This document shows positions 16,502 through 25,971 of a DNA stretch of 64,000 nucleotides, piece by piece. The notes beneath the pieces are model-generated. The model had not been told where the DNA came from. It worked only from the letters and a program-made list of their open reading frames with translations, and ran no database searches. This DNA is from a virus (Duplodnaviria > Caudoviricetes): positions 1 through 64,000 of the IMG/VR virus record IMGVR_UViG_3300032218_003059; one strand, given 5' to 3'. Each line of letters starts with the position of its first letter. The first letter of the stretch is position 1. Both the position numbers and the translations under genes were made by a program.

Positions 16502-19500
16502 ATGGCAACAGTAAGAATTCAAGTACGAAGAGGAACCGCTTCACAATGGACCTCAGCAAATCCAACTCTAGCAGCTGGTGAAATGGGTGTCGAGTCAGAC
16601 ACAAACTTATTTAAATTTGGTAATGGTTCTACAGCATGGGCTTCCCTTGCTTATGCCAACAACTCAGATGTAGCGATTGCAGAAATCTCACAAGATGCAA
16701 TTAATAGTGCGCTGAGCGTTGGTTCAGGCCTTACAAAAACATATGATGATGGTGCAAATACAATAGTAATTGCAGTTGCAGATTCATACTTTACAGAATT
16801 AGCACAAGATGCAGTAAACAATGCATTTGTGCCAGGCGACGGAATAGCAAAATCATACAATGATGCTTCAAATACAATCACAGTATCTGTGGTAGATTCA
16901 TATATAACTGAGCTTGCACAAGATTCAGTTAACACAGCAATTATTGCTGGAGACGGTATTGCAAAGGTATACAATGATGCAGCTAATACTTTAACATTAG
17001 ATGCAGATATAGTAGCATCTGGCGGATTAAAGATTGATAATACAAAACTCACAGTAGATACAGATGTTGTAGTTACTAAATTAGCTGAGCAGACAATGAG
17101 CAGCAAAACTCTCACAAATCCAAAAATTAATGGTGGAGTTGCAGTAACAGTAAGCGGAGCACAAATAAACTATTTAACTGGATTAACAAAGAATATTAAT
17201 ATCAGCTATGCAGATGTTTTAAATGATGCAAATGACTATACAGATTCAGCAATTGGAACTCTAGGCAATACAGTAACTTCTGGTTACATACCACTTGCAC
17301 AGCTTGGGCAGGTAGATGGAGTTGCTACATTAAACAGCATTGGTAAAGTTCCAATGTCACAAATTAGCCTTATTGATCCAGCTTTAACTGGAAATGCAAC
17401 AGCAGAAAATCTTACAATAAGTGGAGATTTAGTATTTAATGGTACAGCTACAACAATTAACTCTACAAATCTTAATATTACAGACCCACTTGTTTACTTA
17501 GCAAAAGATAATCCAGCAAACAGTAGAGACCTTGGTATAGTTTCATCATTTACATCTGGTGGAACTTATCAGCATACAGGTATTGTTCGTGATCACACAG
17601 CAAATAAATGGGTATTCTTTAAAGGCGTTACAGATGAGCCAACAACAACAGTAAACTTAGCACAGGGATCCCTTGATGCACTTGCAGTTGGAGCTTTAAC
17701 TGCTACATCTCTGGACCTTGGCTCAGTTTCAAATACAGAAATTGGATATTTAGATGGAGTTACTTCACCAATTCAAACTCAGTTTAATGCAAAAGCTCCA
17801 CTAGCTTCTCCTACATTTACAGGAGTTGTAACTCTTCCATCACAAACAGTTACATCAGCAATGATTGCGGACGGAACAATTTCTACAGGAGATCTTGCAG
17901 ATGCAGCTGTTACAGCTAACAAACTTGCTTCAGATGCAGTTTCAACTGTAAAGATTTTAGATTCAAATGTAACAACAGCTAAAATTGCAGATCTTGCAGT
18001 TGTAGCTGGGAAAATTGCAGATGGGGCCGTAGTTGCTGGTAAATATGGCGCTGGCTCAATCGTAACAACAGATTTAGCAGACGGATCAGTTACTTCAGCA
18101 AAAATTGCTAATGGAGCAATTGCAAATATTGACATTGATGCAGCAGCAGCAATTGATTGGACAAAGCTTGCAATATCATCAACAGTTTCTGCAACAGAAT
18201 TAGGATATGTTGATGGAGTAACTTCAGCAATTCAAACACAAATTGATACAAAGCTTGCAAAAGCTGGCGGAGAAATGACAGGAGACTTAACACTTCGTGG
18301 CAATCCAACAACTAACAACATGGCTGCTACAAAAAACTATGTAGACTCATTAGTTTCTGCTGAAACAACAAATAGAGGAACTGCAATTACAGCAGAATCA
18401 ACAGCTCGTGGCACAGCAATTACAACAGCAGTTTCAACACATGCTGCACTTACAGCCTCACATGGAGTAACTGGTGCAATAGTTGGAACAGACAATACAC
18501 AGACACTTACAAATAAAACTTTAACATCACCAGTTATTAATACCCCAACTGGTATTACAAAGTCAGATGTTGGTCTTGCAAATGTTGATAATACAACAGA
18601 TGCAAATAAGCCAGTATCTTCAGCAACAACAACAGCGCTTGCGCTTAAAGCAAACCTTGCTGGACCAACATTTACTGGAACAGTTTCTGGTATTACCAAG
18701 TCAATGGTTGGGCTAGGATCAGTTGATAATACAGCAGATGCAGACAAGCCACTATCTACTGCAGATATAGCAGCACTTGCTCTAAAGGCTCCACTTGCAT
18801 CACCAGCACTTACAGGAGTACCAACTGCGCCAACCGCAGCAGCAGCTAATAATACAACACAGGTTGCTACTACAGCATACGCAGATCGTGCAGCATCAAA
18901 TGCAGCAGCAGCACTAGTTGCATCAGCACCAGCAGCATTAGACACACTTAACGAGTTAGCTACCGCACTTGGAAATGATGCATCATTCTCAACAACAATG
19001 ACAAATGCATTGGCTGCAAAAGCACCGCTTGCTTCACCAACATTTACAGGCACAGTAACTCTTCCATCTGGAACAGTAACTTCAGGAATGATTCTTGATG
19101 GAACTATTTTAGATGCAGACATAAATGCTTCAGCAGCAATTGCTCAGTCTAAGATTTCAGGACTTTCAACAAGCCTTGGATTAAAGGCTAACCTAGCAGA
19201 TCCTACATTTACTGGAACAGTAACAGTGGGCGCAGCAGGTGTAGCATTTACAGATGGTACACAAACAAAGGAAGGTGTTCCATCACGGACAACAATTCTT
19301 TCAAAGACAGCAGACTATACACTTTCAGCACTTACTGAACGTGATAATATGATTGAAATGAACTCAGGTTCAGCTACAGTGTTATATGTTCCAACAGATG
19401 CTTCTGTAAACTATCCAATTGGAACAACAATAGATATACTTAGAGTAGGTTCTGGAGCAGTTTCAGTAGCTGCTGTAACATCAGGAACTACAACAATTAA

Positions 19501-19600
19501 CGCTACACCAGGATTGAAGCTTCGTGCACAATGGTCATCTGCAACTCTCATGAAGAGAGCAGCAAATAACTGGGTGCTTCTCGGCGACTTGATGGCGTAA
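16502..19600 (+). CDS. Long tail fibre protein with Mtd N-terminal-like domain
   Basis: RIQVRRGTASQWTSANPTLAAGEMGVESDT N-terminus; repeated KAPLASPTFTG modules; C-terminal WVLLGDL domain. Confidence 0.8.
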   Translation: MATVRIQVRRGTASQWTSANPTLAAGEMGVESDTNLFKFGNGSTAWASLAYANNSDVAIAEISQDAINSALSVGSGLTKTYDDGANTIVIAVADSYFTELAQDAVNNAFVPGDGIAKSYNDASNTITVSVVDSYITELAQDSVNTAIIAGDGIAKVYNDAANTLTLDADIVASGGLKIDNTKLTVDTDVVVTKLAEQTMSSKTLTNPKINGGVAVTVSGAQINYLTGLTKNINISYADVLNDANDYTDSAIGTLGNTVTSGYIPLAQLGQVDGVATLNSIGKVPMSQISLIDPALTGNATAENLTISGDLVFNGTATTINSTNLNITDPLVYLAKDNPANSRDLGIVSSFTSGGTYQHTGIVRDHTANKWVFFKGVTDEPTTTVNLAQGSLDALAVGALTATSLDLGSVSNTEIGYLDGVTSPIQTQFNAKAPLASPTFTGVVTLPSQTVTSAMIADGTISTGDLADAAVTANKLASDAVSTVKILDSNVTTAKIADLAVVAGKIADGAVVAGKYGAGSIVTTDLADGSVTSAKIANGAIANIDIDAAAAIDWTKLAISSTVSATELGYVDGVTSAIQTQIDTKLAKAGGEMTGDLTLRGNPTTNNMAATKNYVDSLVSAETTNRGTAITAESTARGTAITTAVSTHAALTASHGVTGAIVGTDNTQTLTNKTLTSPVINTPTGITKSDVGLANVDNTTDANKPVSSATTTALALKANLAGPTFTGTVSGITKSMVGLGSVDNTADADKPLSTADIAALALKAPLASPALTGVPTAPTAAAANNTTQVATTAYADRAASNAAAALVASAPAALDTLNELATALGNDASFSTTMTNALAAKAPLASPTFTGTVTLPSGTVTSGMILDGTILDADINASAAIAQSKISGLSTSLGLKANLADPTFTGTVTVGAAGVAFTDGTQTKEGVPSRTTILSKTADYTLSALTERDNMIEMNSGSATVLYVPTDASVNYPIGTTIDILRVGSGAVSVAAVTSGTTTINATPGLKLRAQWSSATLMKRAANNWVLLGDLMA

Positions 19601-19621
19601 TAGGAAAATAGGAGATAAAAA

Positions 19622-21004
19622 ATGGCAAATAAAAAGATAGGTATTAAATCATCAGCCCAGGACAACTTCCTAGAGCCTAAAGCTGTAACAGGTTTTACAG
19701 CAACAGCAGTCAACGGTGGAGCATTTGGAAATGGGTCTGTGTCACTTTCATGGACCCTTCCATCTGATTCACCAGCCGCAACTCTTTATAGCGTTACTTC
19801 AAGTCCCGCTACAACTACACAGACAACATCAGACACAAGCCTTTCTTTTACAGGATTATCTGGAGGAACAGCTTATACATTTACAATAGTTCCTTCAAAT
19901 GCTGTTGGAAATGGTCTATCTACAACATCAGCATCAGCAACTCCAACAACAATTCCCTCAGCTCCAACAAATGTTGCAGTAACATCAACATCTGCTGGTG
20001 TAGATAACTTGACATGGACAGCATCTAATGACGGAGGATCAGGAATAACAGGATACTCTTGGGCTTCATCTGATTCAAAGGCTGGTTCTGTTGGAAACGT
20101 AACTTCCGCAAATATTAATCAAGAACAAGGAACTGCACAGACATACACAGTTTATGCAACAAATGCTAATGGTAACTCATTAACATCAGCAGCATCAAAC
20201 TCTGTTACTACTTTCTTCTCACCACCTTCCTTCTTCTCGCCTCCAGGGTTCTTCTCGCCCCCAGGGTTCTTTGCGCCTCCAGGGTTCTTCGCACCTCCAG
20301 GGTTCTTCTCGCCTCCAGGGTTCTTTGCACCTCCAGGGTTCTTCTCTCCTCCAGGGTTCTTCGCACCTCCAGGGTTCTTCGCACCTCCAGGGTTCTTCTC
20401 GCCTCCAGGGTTCTTCTCGCCTCCAGGGTTCTTCGCACCACCATCATTCTTTACTCCACCATACTTCTGCATTGCTGAAAATACACCAGTATTAACAGAC
20501 GGCGGATATAAGATGGCAAAAGATATACAGGTTGGAGATAACTTAATGACAGTTAAGTTTGACGATATGCCAGTTGGAGATCTTGAATGTATACTGGGAG
20601 AAATTACAGATAACTGTAATACAATATTCAAATCATGGTCATCAGAAACTTTGGACGGGCTAGAATACGTTTCATCTAAAGTAACAGATATATTTGAAAG
20701 CATAGATAAAGATATAGTTATATTTAATAATGATATTACTACAGCCTTATCAACAGTTGAGCTAGCATTAGTTTATACTAATGGTAAGCATTCATTAAAA
20801 GAAGCTTCTGAAATATCTGTAGGAGATTATATTGTAACTTACAATGGTCAAATTAATAATACTCTAGTAACATCTGTTGAATTAGGAGACAAAGCAAATG
20901 CCTACTTATTCTACAGAGAAGGTAATAATATGATTATTACTGGTGGACCAATGGTCGTAAATGGCTGTCCACTATCATCAATGTCCTCATTGATTTCTAA
21001 CTAA
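19622..21004 (+). CDS. FN3-domain virion protein with FFxPPx repeat and C-terminal Hint-like domain
   Basis: Two FN3-like domains (VSLSWT..YTFTIVPSNAVG; DNLTWT..YTVYATNANG), 14 hexapeptide repeats, then CIAENTPVLT...IQVGD Hint block. Confidence 0.8.
   Translation: MANKKIGIKSSAQDNFLEPKAVTGFTATAVNGGAFGNGSVSLSWTLPSDSPAATLYSVTSSPATTTQTTSDTSLSFTGLSGGTAYTFTIVPSNAVGNGLSTTSASATPTTIPSAPTNVAVTSTSAGVDNLTWTASNDGGSGITGYSWASSDSKAGSVGNVTSANINQEQGTAQTYTVYATNANGNSLTSAASNSVTTFFSPPSFFSPPGFFSPPGFFAPPGFFAPPGFFSPPGFFAPPGFFSPPGFFAPPGFFAPPGFFSPPGFFSPPGFFAPPSFFTPPYFCIAENTPVLTDGGYKMAKDIQVGDNLMTVKFDDMPVGDLECILGEITDNCNTIFKSWSSETLDGLEYVSSKVTDIFESIDKDIVIFNNDITTALSTVELALVYTNGKHSLKEASEISVGDYIVTYNGQINNTLVTSVELGDKANAYLFYREGNNMIITGGPMVVNGCPLSSMSSLISN
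20213..20464 (+). repeat. 14 x 18-bp in-frame tandem repeat encoding FF[S/A/T]PP[G/S/Y]
   Basis: Directly counted; unit TTCTTC(T/G)CNCCTCCAGGG. Confidence 0.95.
20468..20962 (+). other. Degenerate Hint (intein/Hedgehog-like) domain
   Basis: Starts with Cys; block A CIAENTPV...IQVGD, ISVGDYI; block B TVEL lacks His; ends GPMVVN instead of VHN. Confidence 0.65.
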
Positions 21005-21024
21005 TTAAATGCTATAGTGGACTT

Positions 21025-21666
21025 ATGTACACAAGCAAGCAAGAGATATTCCCTGGAATGTGGAAATATTCAAATGTTTTTACTGAAGACTTAGATCTAG
21101 TAAATAGAATTGAATATGAAACATCCCAGGGAAATGTCTTTTGGGAAAGAGCTTCAGTTGGACTTGATGCTGTAGAAAATAGCTACAGATTCTGCTCCGT
21201 TTTAAAAATGGATGAATTTGGAGAATCACACCCTTTATATAAAGATATATATCAAGTACAAAAAGAATGTGTAGATGACTATAATTATATGCATAATTTA
21301 GATATAAATTTTTGGGAATGGACTAACATAGTAAAATATGTTCCAAATGAATATTTTAATGAGCATTCGGATCATGGATGGTCTTATGTATCTACAGTAT
21401 CTCTCGTTGGATATCCAAATGATGATTATACTGGTGGCTCTTTATATTTCCCAAAATTAAATTTAAATGTTGTTCCAGAAGCTGGCGACTTATTAATATT
21501 TCCCTCAAGCTACCTATTTTCTCATGTAGCTATGCCAGTTATAACGGGAACAAAGTATTGTTTTGCAACCATGCTTGACTATAATGATGATGCTCATTCT
21601 AGAGAGTATGATGAGTATATAGTAAGAAAATATAATAATGAAAAGAGAGCCTATAATGTTACCTAA
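21025..21666 (+). CDS. 2OG-Fe(II) oxygenase (P4H-like)
   Basis: HSDHG, YPNDDYTGG, FPSSYLFSH, TKY; TGC-TATAGT ends 6 nt upstream (leaderless-type). Confidence 0.9.
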   Translation: MYTSKQEIFPGMWKYSNVFTEDLDLVNRIEYETSQGNVFWERASVGLDAVENSYRFCSVLKMDEFGESHPLYKDIYQVQKECVDDYNYMHNLDINFWEWTNIVKYVPNEYFNEHSDHGWSYVSTVSLVGYPNDDYTGGSLYFPKLNLNVVPEAGDLLIFPSSYLFSHVAMPVITGTKYCFATMLDYNDDAHSREYDEYIVRKYNNEKRAYNVT

Positions 21667-22357
21667 TGCAGAGTTTATATACCCAGGAATTTTAGTATAC
21701 AGAGACGTTTATACAAAGGACATGGACCTTGTTAATAGACTTGAAGAGTCTTTATCAAGCGATCCAAATGCTGAGGGTATAGGGTACTCTGATGCACCAC
21801 ATGCAAAATATAAATGGAAGCAGGCTACAACTGGATATAGCAATAATGATTTAAAATACAGAGATTGCTATGATTTTAAAATTAAAAAGAACATATTTGA
21901 TGACACTGGTAAAAGCAAAGAGCAACTTAAGCTAGAAAAAATATGGGAAGATGCAAAGCAGGCACAGGTAGGTCCAGTTCAAGACTACTCTCAGATGTTT
22001 AACCTTGCCCCACTAACATATTGGGAATCTTTTAACTTTGTTAAATATGGTAAAGATCAGCACTTTCAAGTACATTCCGATCATGGCTATTCTTATATTT
22101 CAGTATTATCTTCAGTAGGATATCCTAATGACGACTATGAAGGCGGAGAATTATTTTTTGATAAGATAGGCGTAACAATAAAACCAAAAGCAGGCGATTT
22201 ATATCTGTTTCCATCTTCTTATATATATTCTCATGCAGCACTTCCAGTAAAAAGCGGAGTAAAATATTCAATAGTAACGATGCTTGATTATCATGAAGCT
22301 CCACATACACCTGACTATCGTGAGATAGAAGAAAGGTATAAGTTAATTCGTGATTAA
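21638..22357 (+). CDS. 2OG-Fe(II) oxygenase (P4H-like)
   Basis: HSDHG, YPNDDYEGGEL, FPSSYIYSH, VKY. Confidence 0.9.
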   Translation: MKREPIMLPNAEFIYPGILVYRDVYTKDMDLVNRLEESLSSDPNAEGIGYSDAPHAKYKWKQATTGYSNNDLKYRDCYDFKIKKNIFDDTGKSKEQLKLEKIWEDAKQAQVGPVQDYSQMFNLAPLTYWESFNFVKYGKDQHFQVHSDHGYSYISVLSSVGYPNDDYEGGELFFDKIGVTIKPKAGDLYLFPSSYIYSHAALPVKSGVKYSIVTMLDYHEAPHTPDYREIEERYKLIRD

Positions 22358-23069
22358 TTTTGAAGTATATAAAGATGACGGACCAGTTGCTAACATAGAG
22401 CCCCTTTCAGCAAAAAGAGATTGGATGGAGGCTACATTTGATAAGCATGCATATAGATGCTTACCCGTAACTTTAACCAATCAGTTAGGCTGGGCCATAT
22501 CTTTTCCAGAAGATATAACATTTATGTGGGACGGACAAATATCTACTTCTGGAGAGCATATTAAAGTTTTAGCTGGAGAAAAGTATATTCAAACAGGAAG
22601 AGGGCAAGCTACCGTAAGCTTTGAAACAGGTCTAGTTTTTAGAACACCAGAAAACTATAGCCTTTTAACATACAATGTTCCAAACATGTTTATGGAAGGA
22701 GTTTCTCCATATACTACAATAATAAGCTCATCCTTTTTTGAAGGACCACTTCCAGTTGCTTGGAAAATCACAAAAGCATTTGTACCAATAACAATAAAAG
22801 CTAATCAGCCAGTAGCTGCTGTATTTCCAATATCTCTTGCTAATATTCAAGGATCTACGTTAATAATAAAAAATATAAAAGATTTGATTAGGGTTAAAAG
22901 AGATATTCCTTTAGATTTAGATGAAGCAGTAAAGTCAGCTGCAGATGCCGCCGCTAATGGCGGGTGGACAGATTATTACAGAAATGCAATAGACTATATG
23001 GGAAACAAACTTGGAAGACATGAAGCTAAGTCTTTAAAATTATTAGTTAAAGATGAGTCAAATGAATAA
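22350..23069 (+). CDS. DUF6065-like protein
   Basis: RDWM...AYRCLPVTLTNQLGW..P...WDG signature recalled for DUF6065; GTG start. Confidence 0.65.
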   Translation: MINFEVYKDDGPVANIEPLSAKRDWMEATFDKHAYRCLPVTLTNQLGWAISFPEDITFMWDGQISTSGEHIKVLAGEKYIQTGRGQATVSFETGLVFRTPENYSLLTYNVPNMFMEGVSPYTTIISSSFFEGPLPVAWKITKAFVPITIKANQPVAAVFPISLANIQGSTLIIKNIKDLIRVKRDIPLDLDEAVKSAADAAANGGWTDYYRNAIDYMGNKLGRHEAKSLKLLVKDESNE

Positions 23070-23775
23070 GATTAGTTTTTGGTCAAATAGGCCAGCGAAT
23101 AACGATACCACAATCCCCGTAACTGCTAAAAAAGTTATGCCTCAGTGGTTTTTAGATGCTAAAAAATATTGGAAAAATGAAGAAGGAAAAGAATACATAA
23201 TTGCAGAAGGAGAAAAAGGTCTTGGGTTCAAGGCTTGTCCAGCTCTTTTAGATTTATTTAATTGTGGATACATGTTAGTTACTCCATGTGATGTTGTAGT
23301 TTATATGCAAGAAGGAAAAAAATTAATTGTTTCTTCACCAGAATTTCCAGATTTTTGTGAGGCTAGACCTTATATGAATGAATTTAGTTATCCTTATGGA
23401 TACGCAACAGATTCATTTCATTGGTTTCCAAGCTGGGGATTTGATTTGCCAAAAGGGTATAGCGCACTTGTTGTTCACCCTTTAAATAGATACGATTTAC
23501 CATTTTTAACAACAAACGGTATAATTGATAGTGATAAGTATGGTTCACCAGGATTGATGCCATTTTTTATTAGAGAAGATTTTACAGGGGTGATCCCAAA
23601 AGGAACACCGTTTGCACAAATAATTCCTTTTAAAAGAGAAGACTGGAAAGCCGAATATGATTTTATTGAATTAAACGATATGATTAAAAAGCACGAAGAG
23701 ACTGTAAATAAATATAGAGTCCCCTTTGGTGGGATTTATAAAAGATATACTTGGGTTCAAAAGAAGTACGAATAG
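23053..23775 (+). CDS. Conserved phage hypothetical protein, DUF6065-related
   Basis: KACPA...GYML.TPCD, PKGYS..HPLNR.DLPF, GTPFAQIIPFKREDW. Confidence 0.6.
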   Translation: MSQMNKISFWSNRPANNDTTIPVTAKKVMPQWFLDAKKYWKNEEGKEYIIAEGEKGLGFKACPALLDLFNCGYMLVTPCDVVVYMQEGKKLIVSSPEFPDFCEARPYMNEFSYPYGYATDSFHWFPSWGFDLPKGYSALVVHPLNRYDLPFLTTNGIIDSDKYGSPGLMPFFIREDFTGVIPKGTPFAQIIPFKREDWKAEYDFIELNDMIKKHEETVNKYRVPFGGIYKRYTWVQKKYE

Positions 23776-23784
23776 GGGATAAAA

Positions 23785-24477
23785 ATGGATAGAGAATTAA
23801 CTTACAAAGAAGACATTAGAACATCTAGAGAATCAATAACTCCTTCAGGTTATTTTGGCGGATGCAAAGAAAATATTGTAGAAATAGAAAACTTTTTAAC
23901 CGAAGAAGAGTGTGACTTCCTTATACTTTTTGCCAAGGGGAACACAGTTTGGGATGTAACTAAATCGGCAGTTAATGAAAATGGCAATGTTATTTATGAT
24001 GCAGATGTGTGGAAAGATCGTGTTGCAACAAGAAAGTCTTTAGACGAGTCAAATCCTTTAGTTTCTCCAATGCTAGAAAAAATAATTGAAAGATTAAAGC
24101 CAGTAATAGAAAAACATTTTAATGTTGAAGTAAATCCAACTGGTCCATGTATAGTTCGATGGCCAGAAGGAAGTATGCAATGGCCACATGCAGATAAAGA
24201 GCTTCATGAGGGACCAGATGCTGGAACTCCAAATAACTTTCCGTGGTATGACCTAGGAACGGTATTTTATTTAAACGATGATTACGAAGGCGGAAGATTG
24301 CATTTTCCAAGACAAGAAATTGCTTTTAAACCAAAAAAGAGAGCCGTATATTTTTTCCCAGGAGATTTAAATTACATCCATGGAGTAGACGTCATAACAA
24401 GTGGCGTCAGATACACCTCACCTTGGTTCTGGACAATAACAAAGCTAAATGAAAAGGAAGTTACTGTAAATGAATAA
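23785..24477 (+). CDS. 2OG-Fe(II) oxygenase (P4H-like)
   Basis: HAD, YLNDDYEGG, IHGV, VRY. Confidence 0.9.
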   Translation: MDRELTYKEDIRTSRESITPSGYFGGCKENIVEIENFLTEEECDFLILFAKGNTVWDVTKSAVNENGNVIYDADVWKDRVATRKSLDESNPLVSPMLEKIIERLKPVIEKHFNVEVNPTGPCIVRWPEGSMQWPHADKELHEGPDAGTPNNFPWYDLGTVFYLNDDYEGGRLHFPRQEIAFKPKKRAVYFFPGDLNYIHGVDVITSGVRYTSPWFWTITKLNEKEVTVNE

Positions 24478-25258
24478 AATAGAATTACACCCTAAAGTAA
24501 TGGTCTATAGAGACTTAATAAAAAATGTGCCAAAAGTTTTTAAAGCTATAACTGATTCACATGATAATTCAGGAGAAAATTATTTTAATCCATGGACAGA
24601 CTGGAGTAAGTTTGGCATTTATGCAAGTGTCAAGGGGGACCACGAGATAGTTGGTAGACTAGGATCAGATCCAGTATTTGATAATGAATATGAAATTGTT
24701 CAAGAAGTAGAAAATGCTTACAAAGTAGCAATTGATGATTATGTAAAAACTTATGACATTCAATTACCAGAAAATAGCAGATTAAATTCTTCTTCATTTT
24801 GCAGATACCACGAGGGCGTAGATGTGCTTGAGAATGATTTAACTATGCAATATCATACTGACTACAAGCAGTCAGAAAAAGAAATGCCAGGCAATCACTT
24901 CTTTATTACATGCACTACTTACATAAACGATAATTACACTGGCGGAGAAATAGAGTTTTATATTGATGGAAAGTTTATAACACATAAGCCAGTTGCTGGA
25001 GATATTATGGTATTCCCATCAGTAGAGCCTTACTACCATGGAGTAAAAACAATTACTTCTGGATATAAGTATTTAATTAGAAATTTTATAACATATAGAT
25101 ATCCAGGATCTAAAGAGTGGCTAGAAAACCAAATAGAATTTGGGGCTGTTCGCTGGGCAAAGATGGAAGCAGAAAGAATTGAAAAAGCTAGATTTAATGG
25201 AAACATTATTATAAAAAATGGTCAGGTTGTATCTGGGCCAGGTATGGAGTCAATGTAA
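24470..25258 (+). CDS. 2OG-Fe(II) oxygenase (P4H-like)
   Basis: HTD, YINDNYTGGEI, YHGV, KYLIR. Confidence 0.9.
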   Translation: MNKIELHPKVMVYRDLIKNVPKVFKAITDSHDNSGENYFNPWTDWSKFGIYASVKGDHEIVGRLGSDPVFDNEYEIVQEVENAYKVAIDDYVKTYDIQLPENSRLNSSSFCRYHEGVDVLENDLTMQYHTDYKQSEKEMPGNHFFITCTTYINDNYTGGEIEFYIDGKFITHKPVAGDIMVFPSVEPYYHGVKTITSGYKYLIRNFITYRYPGSKEWLENQIEFGAVRWAKMEAERIEKARFNGNIIIKNGQVVSGPGMESM

Positions 25259-25260
25259 TT

Positions 25261-25971
25261 ATGGACATAGTTAAACTAAAAGAAGATGCATTTATTGTAA
25301 ATAACTTTTTAACTTCAGAAGAGTGCGAGTCTGTTATAAAGTACTTTGATGCCATAACTGCAGCTGGTGTTTTAGATTGGAATCAGATATCTTTCTTTGG
25401 TTCTTTTGCAATGGGATATTGGCCAACAGATGAAAACCTTCTTCAGTTTAATTTACCAGCAAATTATTTTAATTTAGTTAAGAAAAAAATTCAAGATGCT
25501 GGAGAGATGTTGTTTGAAAGAGAGTTTAACGAGGTTAGCTTTCACGCACAGAAATGGGTAGACGGAGCATTTGCAGCTTTTCACTCAGATAATTCTGACG
25601 AACACGGAAATCCAAATGCTTTTCATAAAAGTAAATATGCTGCGTTTATATATTTAAACGACAACTTTGATGGAGGTCTTCTTAACTTCAAGCATGATGA
25701 TGTTACTGTAAAGCCCGCTATTGGCATGCTAGCCTTTTTTAAAGGTGGATATATGAACGAGCATGAAGTAACCACAGTAAAGGGCGGAGATAGATATACA
25801 ATAGGATCTTTTTGGGATAATGCAGATGAAGTATATGATGAAGAAACTATTAAAAAATGGGAAGATGAATTAAAGCAAACAAGAGCTCTTCAAGAAGAGC
25901 AATATAAAGAATGGGACGAGAACGTAAAACAAGGTCAAATTCCTCAATATAAGGGGAAGTATGATTATTAA
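25261..25971 (+). CDS. 2OG-Fe(II) oxygenase (P4H-like)
   Basis: HSD, YLNDNFDGG, EHEV, DRY. Confidence 0.9.
   Translation: MDIVKLKEDAFIVNNFLTSEECESVIKYFDAITAAGVLDWNQISFFGSFAMGYWPTDENLLQFNLPANYFNLVKKKIQDAGEMLFEREFNEVSFHAQKWVDGAFAAFHSDNSDEHGNPNAFHKSKYAAFIYLNDNFDGGLLNFKHDDVTVKPAIGMLAFFKGGYMNEHEVTTVKGGDRYTIGSFWDNADEVYDEETIKKWEDELKQTRALQEEQYKEWDENVKQGQIPQYKGKYDY

Noticed and set aside
14453-19122. Long Ala/Val-rich antisense ORFs (14453..14998, 16651..17115, 17779..18135, 18337..19122) and the Gln-rich frame 14845..15189
   Set aside because: Expected from GCA/ACA-rich codons on the sense strand; no independent expression signals
16502-19600. Diversity-generating retroelement suggested by the Mtd N-terminal-like domain
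   Set aside because: No reverse transcriptase and no TR/VR repeat pair seen in the window
20213-20464. CRISPR array or DNA-level minisatellite
   Set aside because: No unique spacers, unit length is a multiple of 3 inside a CDS, no cas genes; the same applies to 55101-55469
20152-20703. Antisense and alternate-frame ORFs over the 18-bp repeat (GGEKNP, RRTLE, LQGSS repeats)
   Set aside because: By-products of a stop-free tandem repeat; no RBS; synonymous variation fits the FFxPPG frame
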